NCBI GenBank assembly: GCA_005881885.1
Contig: VBDX01000128.1
Span: 27,809 to 91,808 of the forward strand
Length of the DNA: 64,000 bases
Direction of reading: 5' to 3'
Source: Chloroflexota bacterium
Lineage (GTDB): Bacteria > Chloroflexota > Limnocylindria > P2-11E
The position numbers and the translations under genes were made by a program. Numbering within the stretch: the stretch's first letter is position 1; each line of letters opens with the position of its first letter. Shown piece by piece: positions 19,528 through 29,102 of the stretch. The notes beneath the pieces are model-generated. The model searched no databases. It was not told the DNA's origin and was given only the letters and a program-made list of their open reading frames with translations.

Positions 19528-20300
19528 ACGTACTCGCGCGTCGCGATCCGGCGGTGAAGCTCGCGGTGACGCTGGCGATCTCGCTCGTTCTGCTCTTCGT
19601 CATCGACCCCGTCACCCCGCTACTCTTCCTCGCCGTCGCGATCGCCGCAGCGGTCGCGGGAGGTGCCCGCCTGAGCACGATCGTCCGCGCTCTCGTGCCG
19701 CTCTCGGTACTTGGCATTGGCTTCGTGTGGAGCAACGCGGTGTTCGCCGCGACGCACGAGCCCCCAACGTGGACCATCGGGCCCTTTCACGCGACCGAGG
19801 CCGGTCTGCGCTTCGGGCTGGCCATCGCGCTCCGGGGTCTCGCGATCGGAATGCTGTCACTCGCGTTCGTATGGACGACCGATCCGACCGATCTCGTGGT
19901 GAGCCTCATCCGCCACGCGCATCTTCCGTTTCGGATCGGCTATCCGTTGCTCGCCGGCTACCGCTTCCTGCCGTTCTTCGCCGACGAGTACGCGCAGGTC
20001 CGCATCGCGCGACGAGTGCGCGGGTCGGTCGCGCGCGGTCCGTTCGGCCGCATCCGCGAGGCGACCGGAGAGCTGGTCACGCTCCTGTCGGACGCGACCC
20101 GGCGCGCGACTCGGATCGCGATCGCCATGGACGCCCGCGCGTTCGCCGGTGCGCGGGAGCGCACCTACTGGCGCGAGGCGCCCCTCACACTCGGCGATCT
20201 CGTCTTCGTGATCGTGGCGATCGGTTTCGTGGCGGGGCTCCTCGCGTTCTCAGGCGCGATGGGCTGGCTCCGCCTGTGGGACGGGCACTTCTCGGCCTAG
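19524..20300 (+). CDS. ECF transporter T component (YkoC-like)
   Basis: DPAVKL, WTTDP, ARRVRG and AMDARAF motifs. Confidence 0.9.
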   Translation: MNVLARRDPAVKLAVTLAISLVLLFVIDPVTPLLFLAVAIAAAVAGGARLSTIVRALVPLSVLGIGFVWSNAVFAATHEPPTWTIGPFHATEAGLRFGLAIALRGLAIGMLSLAFVWTTDPTDLVVSLIRHAHLPFRIGYPLLAGYRFLPFFADEYAQVRIARRVRGSVARGPFGRIREATGELVTLLSDATRRATRIAIAMDARAFAGARERTYWREAPLTLGDLVFVIVAIGFVAGLLAFSGAMGWLRLWDGHFSA

Positions 20301-20332
20301 AGGACCAGATCGCAGCGCCGCTCGCGTCATTG

Positions 20333-20584
20333 TCAGCGGTAGACATCCTTGCGGTGTCTCACCACGTGGAGGTGGACTTCTCGTGCCCCCACGTCGTAGC
20401 GGATCCGGTAGTCGCCGACCCTCCAGCGCCATCGCCCGATCCGGGGACCGTGCAGCTTGCGACCGCGATAAGGGTCGGCACGCAGGCGGGCCAGCGCCTT
20501 TAGGACTTGTTCTTGGATCGGCCTTGGGAGCTTGCGGAAGTCGCTCTCGAATACCTTCGAGGGGATGATCTCGAAGGTCGGCAG
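20333..20584 (-). CDS. relE: RelE/ParE family toxin with CTG start
   Basis: (L/M)PTFEIIPSKVFESDFRKLP...PYRGRKLHG...RWRVGDYRIRYDV...HVVRHRKDVYR, 83 aa; GGAG 7 nt before the CTG; missed by the ORF track. Confidence 0.85.
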   Translation of the reverse strand: MPTFEIIPSKVFESDFRKLPRPIQEQVLKALARLRADPYRGRKLHGPRIGRWRWRVGDYRIRYDVGAREVHLHVVRHRKDVYR

Positions 20585-20878
20585 CTAGCGGCTCCGGTAA
20601 ATCGCTCGCAGCGCTGCGAGACTGCTCACCTCGCCGCGCCGGATCTGCGCCGCTGACGTCCGAAGGGCCTTCTTCAGCGCGGGATCGCGCTCCTCCGCCC
20701 GAAGCTCAAGGAGCTCTTCGTACTCGCCGAGCGGCACCAGTGCTACTTTCGGAAGGCCCTTCTTCGTAAGGACAAAGCTCTGACCCTGCTCGCTGGCAAG
20801 ACGGATGAGCCGACCTAGGTGTGTGCGAGCGGTGAACGCATTCACGATCGTCGGTGCCTTGGGTGCCTTCGCCGCCAT
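20585..20878 (-). CDS. Phd/YefM family antitoxin
   Basis: VNAFTARTHLGRLI...FVLTKKGLPKVALVPLGEYEEL; AAGGAG SD; palindrome AACTAGTT at 20917-20924 next to a TAGGCT -10. Confidence 0.85.
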   Translation of the reverse strand: MAAKAPKAPTIVNAFTARTHLGRLIRLASEQGQSFVLTKKGLPKVALVPLGEYEELLELRAEERDPALKKALRTSAAQIRRGEVSSLAALRAIYRSR

Positions 20879-21027
20879 CGCAACTCCTTTTTCCAGCGCC
20901 AGCCGCAGCCTATCTTAACTAGTTGAAATCGAAGGGGGGAAGCGGATGCTGGTGGTTACCGCGGCGGAGCTATTTTCCATTTTTGCTAATCGACCCAGAA
21001 AAGGCCGGGCTGTATGTTGCGCTGTAT

Positions 21028-21270
21028 ATGCCAGCAATACGCACGCAGGTCTATCTGACAAAGGAACAGCGCCAGAAGCTCGATTCGCGACGCCGGCGTG
21101 AGCATAAGACGCTGGCGGCGGTGGTTCGCGACGCCATCGATGCCTACGTCAGCAAGGAGAAACCAGCAGACGTGCGGAAGACCCTCGACGAGACCTTCGG
21201 GGTAGCCCCAAAGTTCAGCGTTCCATCTCGCGACGAGTGGGGGCAGTATGCCCGGCGCGTCCGAACGTAA
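21028..21270 (+). CDS. CopG/ribbon-helix-helix antitoxin
   Basis: RTQVYLT.EQ...L......TLAAVVRDAIDAY; GCTGTAT direct repeats upstream. Confidence 0.8.
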   Translation: MPAIRTQVYLTKEQRQKLDSRRRREHKTLAAVVRDAIDAYVSKEKPADVRKTLDETFGVAPKFSVPSRDEWGQYARRVRT

Positions 21271-21400
21271 CGTCCTTCTCGACACCGACGTCTTCGTCGA
21301 CCACGTGCGCGGAGCGCCCGGGGTTCCCGGTCCGCCAAAAGCGCCGAGGTTTGAGGCGGCTTTTCGACCGTTGGAGAGGGGAGTAGTCCGCCGAAAGTAG
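21248..21400 (+). pseudogene. Truncated PIN/VapC toxin
   Basis: Overlapping ATG; VLLDTDVFVDHVRG PIN start, then unrelated sequence and a stop after 50 aa. Confidence 0.7.
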
Positions 21401-21518
21401 GCACCGATCGGAGTCGGTTCATCTGCTTCATTTCCCAACGTGCCACAAGTCGCCAAGCCGAGCTCGGTTGTTCGCGTCGATCTCCCATCACGTTGTAGTG
21501 CCACCATTCGGTGTTCCC

Positions 21519-21955
21519 GATCACGGGCGCCGAGCGCCTCGTCCACCCGCGCCCCCGGGGACGCCAGAGAGTGCCCCGAGATGCTGCGTGACGTTACGGG
21601 CGTAGCCACGGGGAATGAGCCCCCGTGGCCAGGGCGAATGCGACGACGGTCACGAAGAGAAGGCCAAGTGCGATGAAGATCGCAGACGCGACGTAGGCGA
21701 AGAGCCGCACGAGCTCGGCGGGATAGTCGCGTGAGATCGAGGCGAACGCGATGACCGCCACGACCAGCCAACCAATCGAGATACAGATCGAGAGCGCACG
21801 TATGAATCGCAGCCAACTGGCCGCGCCGTAGGGCCACCGGTACTGCGGGGTCGTCAGGTTTCGCATCTGCCCCGCCAGATGCGGGGCAGGAGCGCGGTCA
21901 CTGCGAGCGCCCCGATCGCGAGAATGACGGCTGACACGATCGCAGCCGTGCTCAT
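21519..21955 (-). pseudogene. Frameshifted small membrane protein
   Basis: MSTAAIVSAVILAIGALAVTALLPRIWRG continues in another frame as QMRNLTTPQYRWPYG...two TMs; possible second shift near the C-terminus. Confidence 0.45.
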
Positions 21956-21989
21956 TACTGCCTTCCGGCGGGAGCCGCTGTGGCACTCC

Positions 21990-22367
21990 TCACTTCGGAC
22001 AGTCGAGCTTGCCGTCCACGATCACGACACGACGGTTCAGGCCGTGCAACTCCTCGTAGCTATAGCTGTGACAGAAGACGAGGCGACCGGCGTCGTCGTT
22101 GGCGCGTAGCGTGACGGGCGAACTGTCCTTGAAGTGCCAAGCCGTGACGCGCTCCTCGCCCGCCGCCAAGTGCGTCACGAGATCTCGCCCGCTGTCCTCG
22201 CCTATCTCCGTCAGAGTGAGTCGAATCGAGGTGTCGTTTCTGATGCGAACGTCCGTGCCAGGATCTCCGACACGCGGAGGCGGACCTGTGAGAACACATG
22301 CGCTCAATGTGAGCGCCACGACCAGATACGCGAGTCCGCGCAACAAGGTCAACGACCGATCGACCAT
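21990..22367 (-). CDS. Hypothetical lipoprotein
   Basis: Lipobox LSAC; beta-rich domain with a Cys pair. Confidence 0.65.
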   Translation of the reverse strand: MVDRSLTLLRGLAYLVVALTLSACVLTGPPPRVGDPGTDVRIRNDTSIRLTLTEIGEDSGRDLVTHLAAGEERVTAWHFKDSSPVTLRANDDAGRLVFCHSYSYEELHGLNRRVVIVDGKLDCPK

Positions 22368-22529
22368 GGATACTGCCAGCCTTCCGGAGCTGCACCATTC
22401 GGCGACGAGGGCACCGCGGACGCTCCCCCGCTTTCTCGACAGCTATCGTTCCCGACCGAACGTGGCGCTGGGCGGCCACACCCGGATGTGTCGCTTCCTC
22501 GGCGTCAACGACGTGTCTGGGGATCACAC

Positions 22530-23198
22530 CTAACCGAGCCGGTATCCGACTCCGCGCACGTTCGCGAGCGGGGGCGCGCCCGCTGAATCGAGCTTCGAGC
22601 GAAGCCGCGCGAGATGCGCCTTGAGCCACTCCGGGTCGGGGTCGCGCTCCTCCGGCCAGCCCGCGCGAAGCAACGCGCGGCGCTCCAGGACTTCACCCGG
22701 CCGCGCGGCGAGCGCCGCGAGGAGACGGAACTCCGTCGGGGTGAGGTCGAGGGACTGACCATCGACGCTCGCGACGTGCGTCTTCGGATCCACACGCAGC
22801 CGCCCGATCGAAGCGGCGCTCTGCGCGCGCGCCGCCGGACCCGCACGCCGGAGAAGCGCGCGCACGCGCGAGGCGAGCTCCCTCCGGCTGAAAGGCTTCT
22901 CGAGATAGTCGTCCGCGCCGAGGTCGAGCAGCTTCGCGCGCTCCTCGGCACCGCGCTCCCCGGTCAGCATGAGGATCGGCGTCTGCGCCGACGCGCGGAT
23001 CCGTCTGCAGACCTCGTCGCCGGAGAGTCTCGGCAGCTTGCGGTCGAGGATCACGAGATCGGGCGAATCTTCGGCGTGACGGCGTAACGCGGTCTCACCG
23101 TCGTACGCGGTGACGATCTCGTAGCCCTCCTCGCCGAGGAGAGCGGCGACCATGCCGACGAACTGGCGATCGTCGTCGACGACGAGGATGTTGCTCAA
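22530..23198 (-). CDS. OmpR/PhoB family response regulator
   Basis: ILVVDDD, LVILD, GADDYLEKPF; winged helix LTPTEFRLL...NVRGVGY. Confidence 0.93.
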   Translation of the reverse strand: MSNILVVDDDRQFVGMVAALLGEEGYEIVTAYDGETALRRHAEDSPDLVILDRKLPRLSGDEVCRRIRASAQTPILMLTGERGAEERAKLLDLGADDYLEKPFSRRELASRVRALLRRAGPAARAQSAASIGRLRVDPKTHVASVDGQSLDLTPTEFRLLAALAARPGEVLERRALLRAGWPEERDPDPEWLKAHLARLRSKLDSAGAPPLANVRGVGYRLG

Positions 23199-24853
23199 CG
23201 CGTCGCGGACGCCGTGCCCGCGCGCGCCAGCGGGAGCGTGAAGGCGAAGACCGCGCCCCCGCCCGGCGCATCCTCGAGCCAGAGATCACCGCCTTGGCCC
23301 TCGACGACTCGACGCGCGGCGAAGAGGCCGATGCCCGATCCGGCAATGTCGTCGTGGGCGACGCCGCGTGCGTACGGCTCGAAGATGCGTGCGCGGTCCT
23401 GCGGCGGCACTCCGGGCCCTTCGTCCCGCACGCGCACGATCGCGCGGTCGTCGGCGCCCTCGATGCGCACCGCGATGCGTGTCCCCTCGGGCGCGTACTT
23501 CGTCGCGTTGTGTACGAGGCCGGCGACGACCTCCGCCGTGCGGCGCTTGTCGCCGCGGACGAACAGCGGCTGGCCGGCACGCGGACCGGTCAGCTTGTGG
23601 CGCCGCGCCATCGGCGCGACCTCTTTCAGGGCGACGGCGACCGTTGCGCGCAGATCGAAGCGCGCGCGGCGCAGCGAAAGCTCCGGACGATCGGTGCGAA
23701 CGCCGGCGAGGATGCGGTCGACGAGATGATCGAGACGCTCGACCTGCGCCGTCGCCTCCGAGACCGGCAGCTTCGTCTTCTTCATCCCGTTCTTGTCAGC
23801 GAGGAGCTCGAGGTAGCCGCGGATGACCGAGAGCGGTGTCCGCAGATCGTGCGTGACGACGGCGACGAAGTCGGCGCGCGCGCGCTCGAGCTCGCGTAGG
23901 CTCTCGGTGGTTTTGCGCTCGAGCGCGTAGAGCGACGCCTTGTCGATCGCGAGCGCGGCCTGATTGGCGAGCGCGCCGACGAAGCGGACCTCCTCCTCGA
24001 GAAACTCCTTGTAGTCGGGCACCTGCAATACCACCGCGCCGAGGAGCCGGTCGTTCGCTATGAGCGGCATCGCGATGTGATCGAACGCGACGATCGGCCG
24101 GCGCTCGGCGATCGCACGGTGGGCGGCGTGCGTCGCGGTGCGCTGCAGCTCACCCGAGCGCGAGCGCTCGCGGTCCTCGCCCTCCTCGCGGAGGAGGATC
24201 GCGCCCGACGCGCCAGGGTAGACGCGCACCAAGCGGTCGACGACCAGGGAGAGCACCTCGTCGAGATCGAGCGTCGATGTCAACACATTGGAGACCTCGA
24301 AGAGTGCGGAGACCTCACGGAGCTTGCGATCCGACTCGCGCTGGAGACGACCCTTCTCGATGATCCCGGCGACCTGGTTCGCGATCGTCTGCAGGAAGTC
24401 GATCTCTTCGCGCCCGAAATCGCGCGGCTCGACGGTCTGCACGTTCATCACCCCGATGACTTCGTCGCGCGCGACGACCGGGACTGAGAGCATCGACACA
24501 AAGCGCTTCTCGTCCACCTCCGGGACCCACTTCCAGCGCGGCTCGGCGCGCACATCACGTGCGGCGAGAGGCACGCGCGCGTTCGCGACCCACCCGACGA
24601 TGCCCTCGCCGAGTCTCAGCGCGGCGCGTCCGATGCCTCCGCGATTCAGTCCATTCGTCGCGACGAGCCGCAACACGCCTTCGGGTTTCTCGAGGAGATA
24701 CAGAGATGACACTTCGGCGCCCATCGCGTCGGTGGTGCGGCCGATAACGATGCGGAGCATCTCGTCCCAGTCCCGCGCGGAGGCGGCGAGCTGGGTGACC
24801 TCGTGAAGGAACGAGAGCTCACGAAGCTTTCGCTCCGGATCGGATGCGGTCAT
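23195..24853 (-). CDS. Two-GAF sensor histidine kinase
   Basis: GAF1 resembles the PtsP GAF; THDLRTPL H-box, NATKY, DEGPG, GSGIGL; no TM segments. Confidence 0.92.
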   Translation of the reverse strand: MTASDPERKLRELSFLHEVTQLAASARDWDEMLRIVIGRTTDAMGAEVSSLYLLEKPEGVLRLVATNGLNRGGIGRAALRLGEGIVGWVANARVPLAARDVRAEPRWKWVPEVDEKRFVSMLSVPVVARDEVIGVMNVQTVEPRDFGREEIDFLQTIANQVAGIIEKGRLQRESDRKLREVSALFEVSNVLTSTLDLDEVLSLVVDRLVRVYPGASGAILLREEGEDRERSRSGELQRTATHAAHRAIAERRPIVAFDHIAMPLIANDRLLGAVVLQVPDYKEFLEEEVRFVGALANQAALAIDKASLYALERKTTESLRELERARADFVAVVTHDLRTPLSVIRGYLELLADKNGMKKTKLPVSEATAQVERLDHLVDRILAGVRTDRPELSLRRARFDLRATVAVALKEVAPMARRHKLTGPRAGQPLFVRGDKRRTAEVVAGLVHNATKYAPEGTRIAVRIEGADDRAIVRVRDEGPGVPPQDRARIFEPYARGVAHDDIAGSGIGLFAARRVVEGQGGDLWLEDAPGGGAVFAFTLPLARAGTASATR

Positions 24854-24883
24854 CGGTGAATTCTAGAAATAGACTCACAACCA

Positions 24884-25813
24884 ATGAAGACGGTGCTGCG
24901 AACCGACAAGCTGACCAAGCGGTTCGGCGAGCTCGTCGCGGTGGACCGCATCGATCTCGAGGTCTGCGAGGGAGAAGTGTTCGGCTTCCTGGGGCCCAAC
25001 GGCGCTGGGAAGACCACCACGCTGCGACTGCTCTGTGCCCTGATCGGGCCCACCTCAGGCTCCGCCGAAGTCGCCGGATTCCGGCTCGGCCGCGACGATC
25101 CGAAGATCCGCGCGAGCGTCGGCATCCTCACCGAGCAGCCGGGTCTGTACGAGCGCCAGTCGGCCTGGGAGAACCTCGTCTTCTACGCCACCCTCTATGG
25201 CCTCACGACCGCGGAGGCCGGCTCACAGGCCGAGCGATACCTCCGGCTCATGGGCCTCTGGGAGCGCCGCACCGAGCCCGTCGCCACATTCTCACGCGGC
25301 ATGAAGCAGAAAATGGCCATCGCGCGAGCGGCGCTGCACGAGCCGCGACTCCTCTTCCTCGACGAGCCGACCACCGGTCTCGACCCTGACGCGGCGAAGA
25401 CCGTCCGCGAATTCATCGTGCAGCTTCGCGGCGAAGGGCGCACGGTCTTCCTTTGTACGCACAACCTCGACGAGGCCGATCGCCTCTGCGACCGCATCGC
25501 CTTCTTCCGTCGGAACGTCATCCGCATCGCCGATCCCGACGAGCTTCGCGCGGAGCTCTACGGCCGCGCGACCGAGATCCGCCTCATGCCGGCCCCCCGT
25601 CCCGAAGACCTGGCGCGGGTGAGGGCCGTGCCCGGCGTCCGTGAAGCGCGCTTCGAGAATGGCTCGATCGTCGTGGCCTCCGCCGATCCTCTCCATACGA
25701 ATCCCCTGCTGATCCGCGCGCTCGTCGAAGGCGGAGCACAGATCGCGTTCGTCACGGAGCGCAAGGCGCATCTCGAGGACGTCTATTTGAAGATCGTGGA
25801 GCCGATCGAATGA
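24884..25813 (+). CDS. ABC-2 exporter ATP-binding protein
   Basis: GPNGAGKTT, FSRGMKQK, LDEPTTGLD. Confidence 0.92.
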   Translation: MKTVLRTDKLTKRFGELVAVDRIDLEVCEGEVFGFLGPNGAGKTTTLRLLCALIGPTSGSAEVAGFRLGRDDPKIRASVGILTEQPGLYERQSAWENLVFYATLYGLTTAEAGSQAERYLRLMGLWERRTEPVATFSRGMKQKMAIARAALHEPRLLFLDEPTTGLDPDAAKTVREFIVQLRGEGRTVFLCTHNLDEADRLCDRIAFFRRNVIRIADPDELRAELYGRATEIRLMPAPRPEDLARVRAVPGVREARFENGSIVVASADPLHTNPLLIRALVEGGAQIAFVTERKAHLEDVYLKIVEPIE

Positions 25814-26625
25814 CCGCGATCGTCGCCGCGAGCCCCGCGCGACCGACGCTCGTGCGCGCGGTCTGCGTCCGCGAGTGGCGCGAGGCGCTCAGCAACAAGC
25901 TGCTCGTCGGCATGACGCTCCTTCCGCCGGTGGTGATCCTCGCGACCGGCGTGCTGGCCGTGGCGGCCGCCGCGATCAACCCGCCCAGCGAGCACGACGT
26001 GCAGGCGCTGTACGCCGCCGCGCCCGCCGCCGCTGGCCTCGACCCGAAGGAGGCGGTGCAGGGCTTCATCGCGACGTACTTCCTCATCCTGTTCATGCTC
26101 ATTCCCACCGTCGTGCCGCTCACGATGGCCATCTACTCGGTCATCGGCGAGAAGAGCGCGCGCACGCTCGAGCCGCTCCTCGCGACGCCCGTCGGCGTCG
26201 GCGATCTCCTCTTCGCGAAGAGCCTCGCCTCCACCGTGCCGAGCGTCCTCGTCACCTGGATCGCGTACGCGATCTACCTCGGATCGGTCATCGCACTCGG
26301 CTCCCGAGCGGCTCAGAACGCGGTCACCGCACCGCGCTGGATCCTCGCGATCGTCGTGATGGTGCCGCTGCTCACGCTCCTCTCGGTGAACCTCGGGATC
26401 CTCATCTCCACGCGGGTGAACGACGTGCGCGTCGCGCAGCAGATCGGCGGCCTCGTCGTCGTGCCGGTCGTGGCGCTCGGGATCGCGCAGGTGACCGGTC
26501 GCGTCGTGCTCGACAATGGCGCCTTCCTGCAGATGTCGGCGTTCCTCATCGTGGTCGACGTCGCGGTCTTCTGGCTGGCGAAGGTCGCGTTCCAGCGCGA
26601 GAACATACTCGTGCGCTGGAGGTGA
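25810..26625 (+). CDS. ABC-2 exporter permease
   Basis: Six TMs, GEK..RTLEPLLATP. Confidence 0.88.
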   Translation: MTAIVAASPARPTLVRAVCVREWREALSNKLLVGMTLLPPVVILATGVLAVAAAAINPPSEHDVQALYAAAPAAAGLDPKEAVQGFIATYFLILFMLIPTVVPLTMAIYSVIGEKSARTLEPLLATPVGVGDLLFAKSLASTVPSVLVTWIAYAIYLGSVIALGSRAAQNAVTAPRWILAIVVMVPLLTLLSVNLGILISTRVNDVRVAQQIGGLVVVPVVALGIAQVTGRVVLDNGAFLQMSAFLIVVDVAVFWLAKVAFQRENILVRWR

Positions 26626-26631
26626 GCACGA

Positions 26632-26907
26632 TTGGCCGAGTACAGGTGCTCCTTCTGCGGCAAACGCCAGGATCAGGTCCGGAAGCTCATCGCCGGCGGA
26701 GGCCGCCCCGGCACCTTCATCTGCGATGAGTGCGTTCGCCTCTGCAACGAGATCCTCGATGACGAGGGACCGCTGGCGACGTCGCGCGAGCTCCCGCCAT
26801 CGAAGCCAAGGCGACGCTGGCCGTGGCAGCTCGCTCGCGGCATCGCGCGGACGCTGACCACCGTCGGCGGCAAGCCTTCGCTGGAGTCGTGGCAGCCGCC
26901 GCGCTGA
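26632..26907 (+). CDS. Stand-alone ClpX C4-type zinc-finger protein
   Basis: CSFCGK...V.KLIAG....FICDECV.LC.EIL; GGAGGTG SD, TTG start; no ATPase domain. Confidence 0.85.
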   Translation: MAEYRCSFCGKRQDQVRKLIAGGGRPGTFICDECVRLCNEILDDEGPLATSRELPPSKPRRRWPWQLARGIARTLTTVGGKPSLESWQPPR

Positions 26908-26913
26908 CGAGTG

Positions 26914-28590
26914 CTAGGGCGCTGGCGAGGGACTCGGCGACTTGCCGCGGAGCGGCAAAGTGATGGGCAGCGACGGCTTCGGGATCGTGATCGTCGGGAA
27001 CTCGAAGCGCGGCGAGGGCGTCGGTGTCGTGCTCTGCGAGGTCGGGATCGGACGGCCACCTTCGTCGTCGGGATAGGTTCGCGGACCTTGTATCTCGACG
27101 GTCGTGCTCACCGGCTCGCTCAGTACCGCGCTGCCGTCGCTCAGCTCATATGTGAGCCGGTAAATCCCGAGTACGTTCGGCGCTAGGAAGGAGACGAAGA
27201 ATGTCCCGGTCGCGCCCGCCTTGAGCGCGCCGACCGGGCTCGAGCCCTGCTCCACCGTGCGGTTCGTGCGCGGATCGATGACGCGCCAGCCGATCGAGAG
27301 CGGACGGTCGGTCGCGCCAGCGATCGCGGCGTAGTTCACGACCAAGAGCGACGCCTCGCTGCGGTGAAGCTGGCGCGGCATCCCGATCTGCGCCGTGACG
27401 ACGTAGGGCTGATGCGCGCGCACCGTGAACTTCGCGGTCGCCGCGCCCGACGGTGCGAGCGCGTTCCCGCTAGCGTCGGTCAGCCCGATGGTCACCGTGT
27501 AGGTCCCGGGCTGCTTCGGGACGGCGACGTCGATGCTGACGTTCTGCGTCTGGTTTGGCAGGAGGGCCGGAAGCGTCTGCGGTTGGGCCGAGCTCGTCAG
27601 CAGCTGGCCCTGGCTGTTACGGAGCTCCCAGATGAGGCCGACCGAACCCGGGCCGCTCGCGGTCCACGCGCGCGTGCCGACATTCGTGATCGGCACGATG
27701 ACGCGCGACTGTGTGCCGACATCCACAGCGATCGCGTTCTTCGCGACCTGGTATCGCGCGTTCGCCGATGGCTCGAGGATCGCGCTGTACACGGAGGCGC
27801 CGACCGATGAGATGAAGTTGTCCGCATCCTCGTCGAGCGCGTCCCAAGTCATCGCGACGACGACGCGCGGGCCGCTCTTCGTGTAGATGATCCCGGCGTC
27901 GTGCGTTGCGCCCACGAGATTGCCGGTCTTGTGTGCTACGACGACCCCTGCGGGTAGCTGCGCGGGGAGGCGGTTGTTGATCTGCTGGCGCTCGAGCCGG
28001 GCGAGCATCCGGTCCGACGCGGCCGGCGAGATGAGCTGGCGCCTGGCGAGGAGCGTGAAGAACATTCCGACCGCGCGCGGTGTCGCCCAGTGGTCCTCGC
28101 TCTCATCAAGCGCGACGTGGAAGTCGGCGATCCCAGCCTTCTGGAGCGTCACGTCGACGTTCGCTCCGCCCAGGATGTGCCAGAGCGCCAGCGCCGCGCC
28201 ATTGTCGGAGATCGTGATCATCGCCTCGAGCGCCTCGTCCAGCGTGAGCTGGGTGCCCGCCTCCTCGAACGAGCCGTCGGCGGTGACGTCCTCTGGCTGG
28301 ATGACGACCTGGTCGTTGTAGTGGAGCTGGCCGGCGTCGACGCGGCGCTCGGCTTCGGCAAGGACGCCGAGCTTGTAGAGCGAGGCCGCGATCACCTGTT
28401 CGTCAGGGTCGTGCATGAAGAGCGGTGTCGGAACGTTCGGATCGCTGACCCAGATACCAGCGCCACCGGGAAAGGACGCGACCAGGCCGTCGAGCTGACG
28501 GATCAGGTCGGCCGTACTCGCCTCTGCGCGGACGGGCGCGACGAGGCCGAGAACCAGGCAGACCGCCAGCGTGAAACCGACCCCGCGCAT
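26914..28590 (-). CDS. Secreted class A beta-lactamase-like serine hydrolase with C-terminal Ig-like domains
   Basis: Signal peptide; SLYK, SDN, HKTG motifs; two beta-sandwich repeats and a Pro-rich tail. Confidence 0.85.
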   Translation of the reverse strand: MRGVGFTLAVCLVLGLVAPVRAEASTADLIRQLDGLVASFPGGAGIWVSDPNVPTPLFMHDPDEQVIAASLYKLGVLAEAERRVDAGQLHYNDQVVIQPEDVTADGSFEEAGTQLTLDEALEAMITISDNGAALALWHILGGANVDVTLQKAGIADFHVALDESEDHWATPRAVGMFFTLLARRQLISPAASDRMLARLERQQINNRLPAQLPAGVVVAHKTGNLVGATHDAGIIYTKSGPRVVVAMTWDALDEDADNFISSVGASVYSAILEPSANARYQVAKNAIAVDVGTQSRVIVPITNVGTRAWTASGPGSVGLIWELRNSQGQLLTSSAQPQTLPALLPNQTQNVSIDVAVPKQPGTYTVTIGLTDASGNALAPSGAATAKFTVRAHQPYVVTAQIGMPRQLHRSEASLLVVNYAAIAGATDRPLSIGWRVIDPRTNRTVEQGSSPVGALKAGATGTFFVSFLAPNVLGIYRLTYELSDGSAVLSEPVSTTVEIQGPRTYPDDEGGRPIPTSQSTTPTPSPRFEFPTITIPKPSLPITLPLRGKSPSPSPAP

Positions 28591-28624
28591 CCAGCAGAGG
28601 TAACGGCATCCAGCGCGCCGTGTT

Positions 28625-29095
28625 TCAGGGCTTAACCGAGTTTTGACGCGTCGCATCGTGCCCGAGCCGGAGCATTTCGCGGTAGCCAGCCGGTGTCTCG
28701 TCTTCGTAGCCCACAAGGTGCAGGGCGCCGTGTGCGGCCAGGAAGGCGACCTCCGACTCGAGCGGTCGGCGGCGCCGCTTGGCCTGCCGCCGGGCTTGGG
28801 ACGGGCTGATGAGGATGTCCCCGAGCCGAAGCACGCCGTCGGGGTCTTCGTCCAGGTGCGGCCTCGCCTCGGCGCCGCGGACCCCGCGCGGCAGCCGCTG
28901 GCCGAAGGAAAGCACGTCGGTCGTCCGGTCAATCCGGCGGTGCCTGCGGTTGAGCTCGCGCATCTGGGCGTCGTCGACGAACGCGAGGGCGACCTCGCTC
29001 TCGCGCGGAAGTCGCAGCGGACGGAGCGCGGCCCGGATGACTCGGCGGACCGGGGCGAGGTCGCAGGGCGCCTCGCCGGCGACGGCGATGCGCAC
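28625..29095 (-). CDS. ybeY: rRNA maturation RNase YbeY
   Basis: ELNRRHR..DRTTDVLSF, LGDILIS, HGALHLVGY (third His replaced by Asp). Confidence 0.9.
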   Translation of the reverse strand: MRIAVAGEAPCDLAPVRRVIRAALRPLRLPRESEVALAFVDDAQMRELNRRHRRIDRTTDVLSFGQRLPRGVRGAEARPHLDEDPDGVLRLGDILISPSQARRQAKRRRRPLESEVAFLAAHGALHLVGYEDETPAGYREMLRLGHDATRQNSVKP

Positions 29096-29102
29096 CGCGC
29101 TC

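Noticed and set aside
24875-24882. Single TCACAACC resembling the nitrogen box between the kinase and ABC genes
   Set aside because: Only one unit with no partner at 11 bp; too short to support
26914-28590. Antibiotic-resistance beta-lactamase
   Set aside because: The omega-loop region is atypical and Ig-like domains are appended; a cell-wall serine hydrolase is more likely, and resistance cannot be supported
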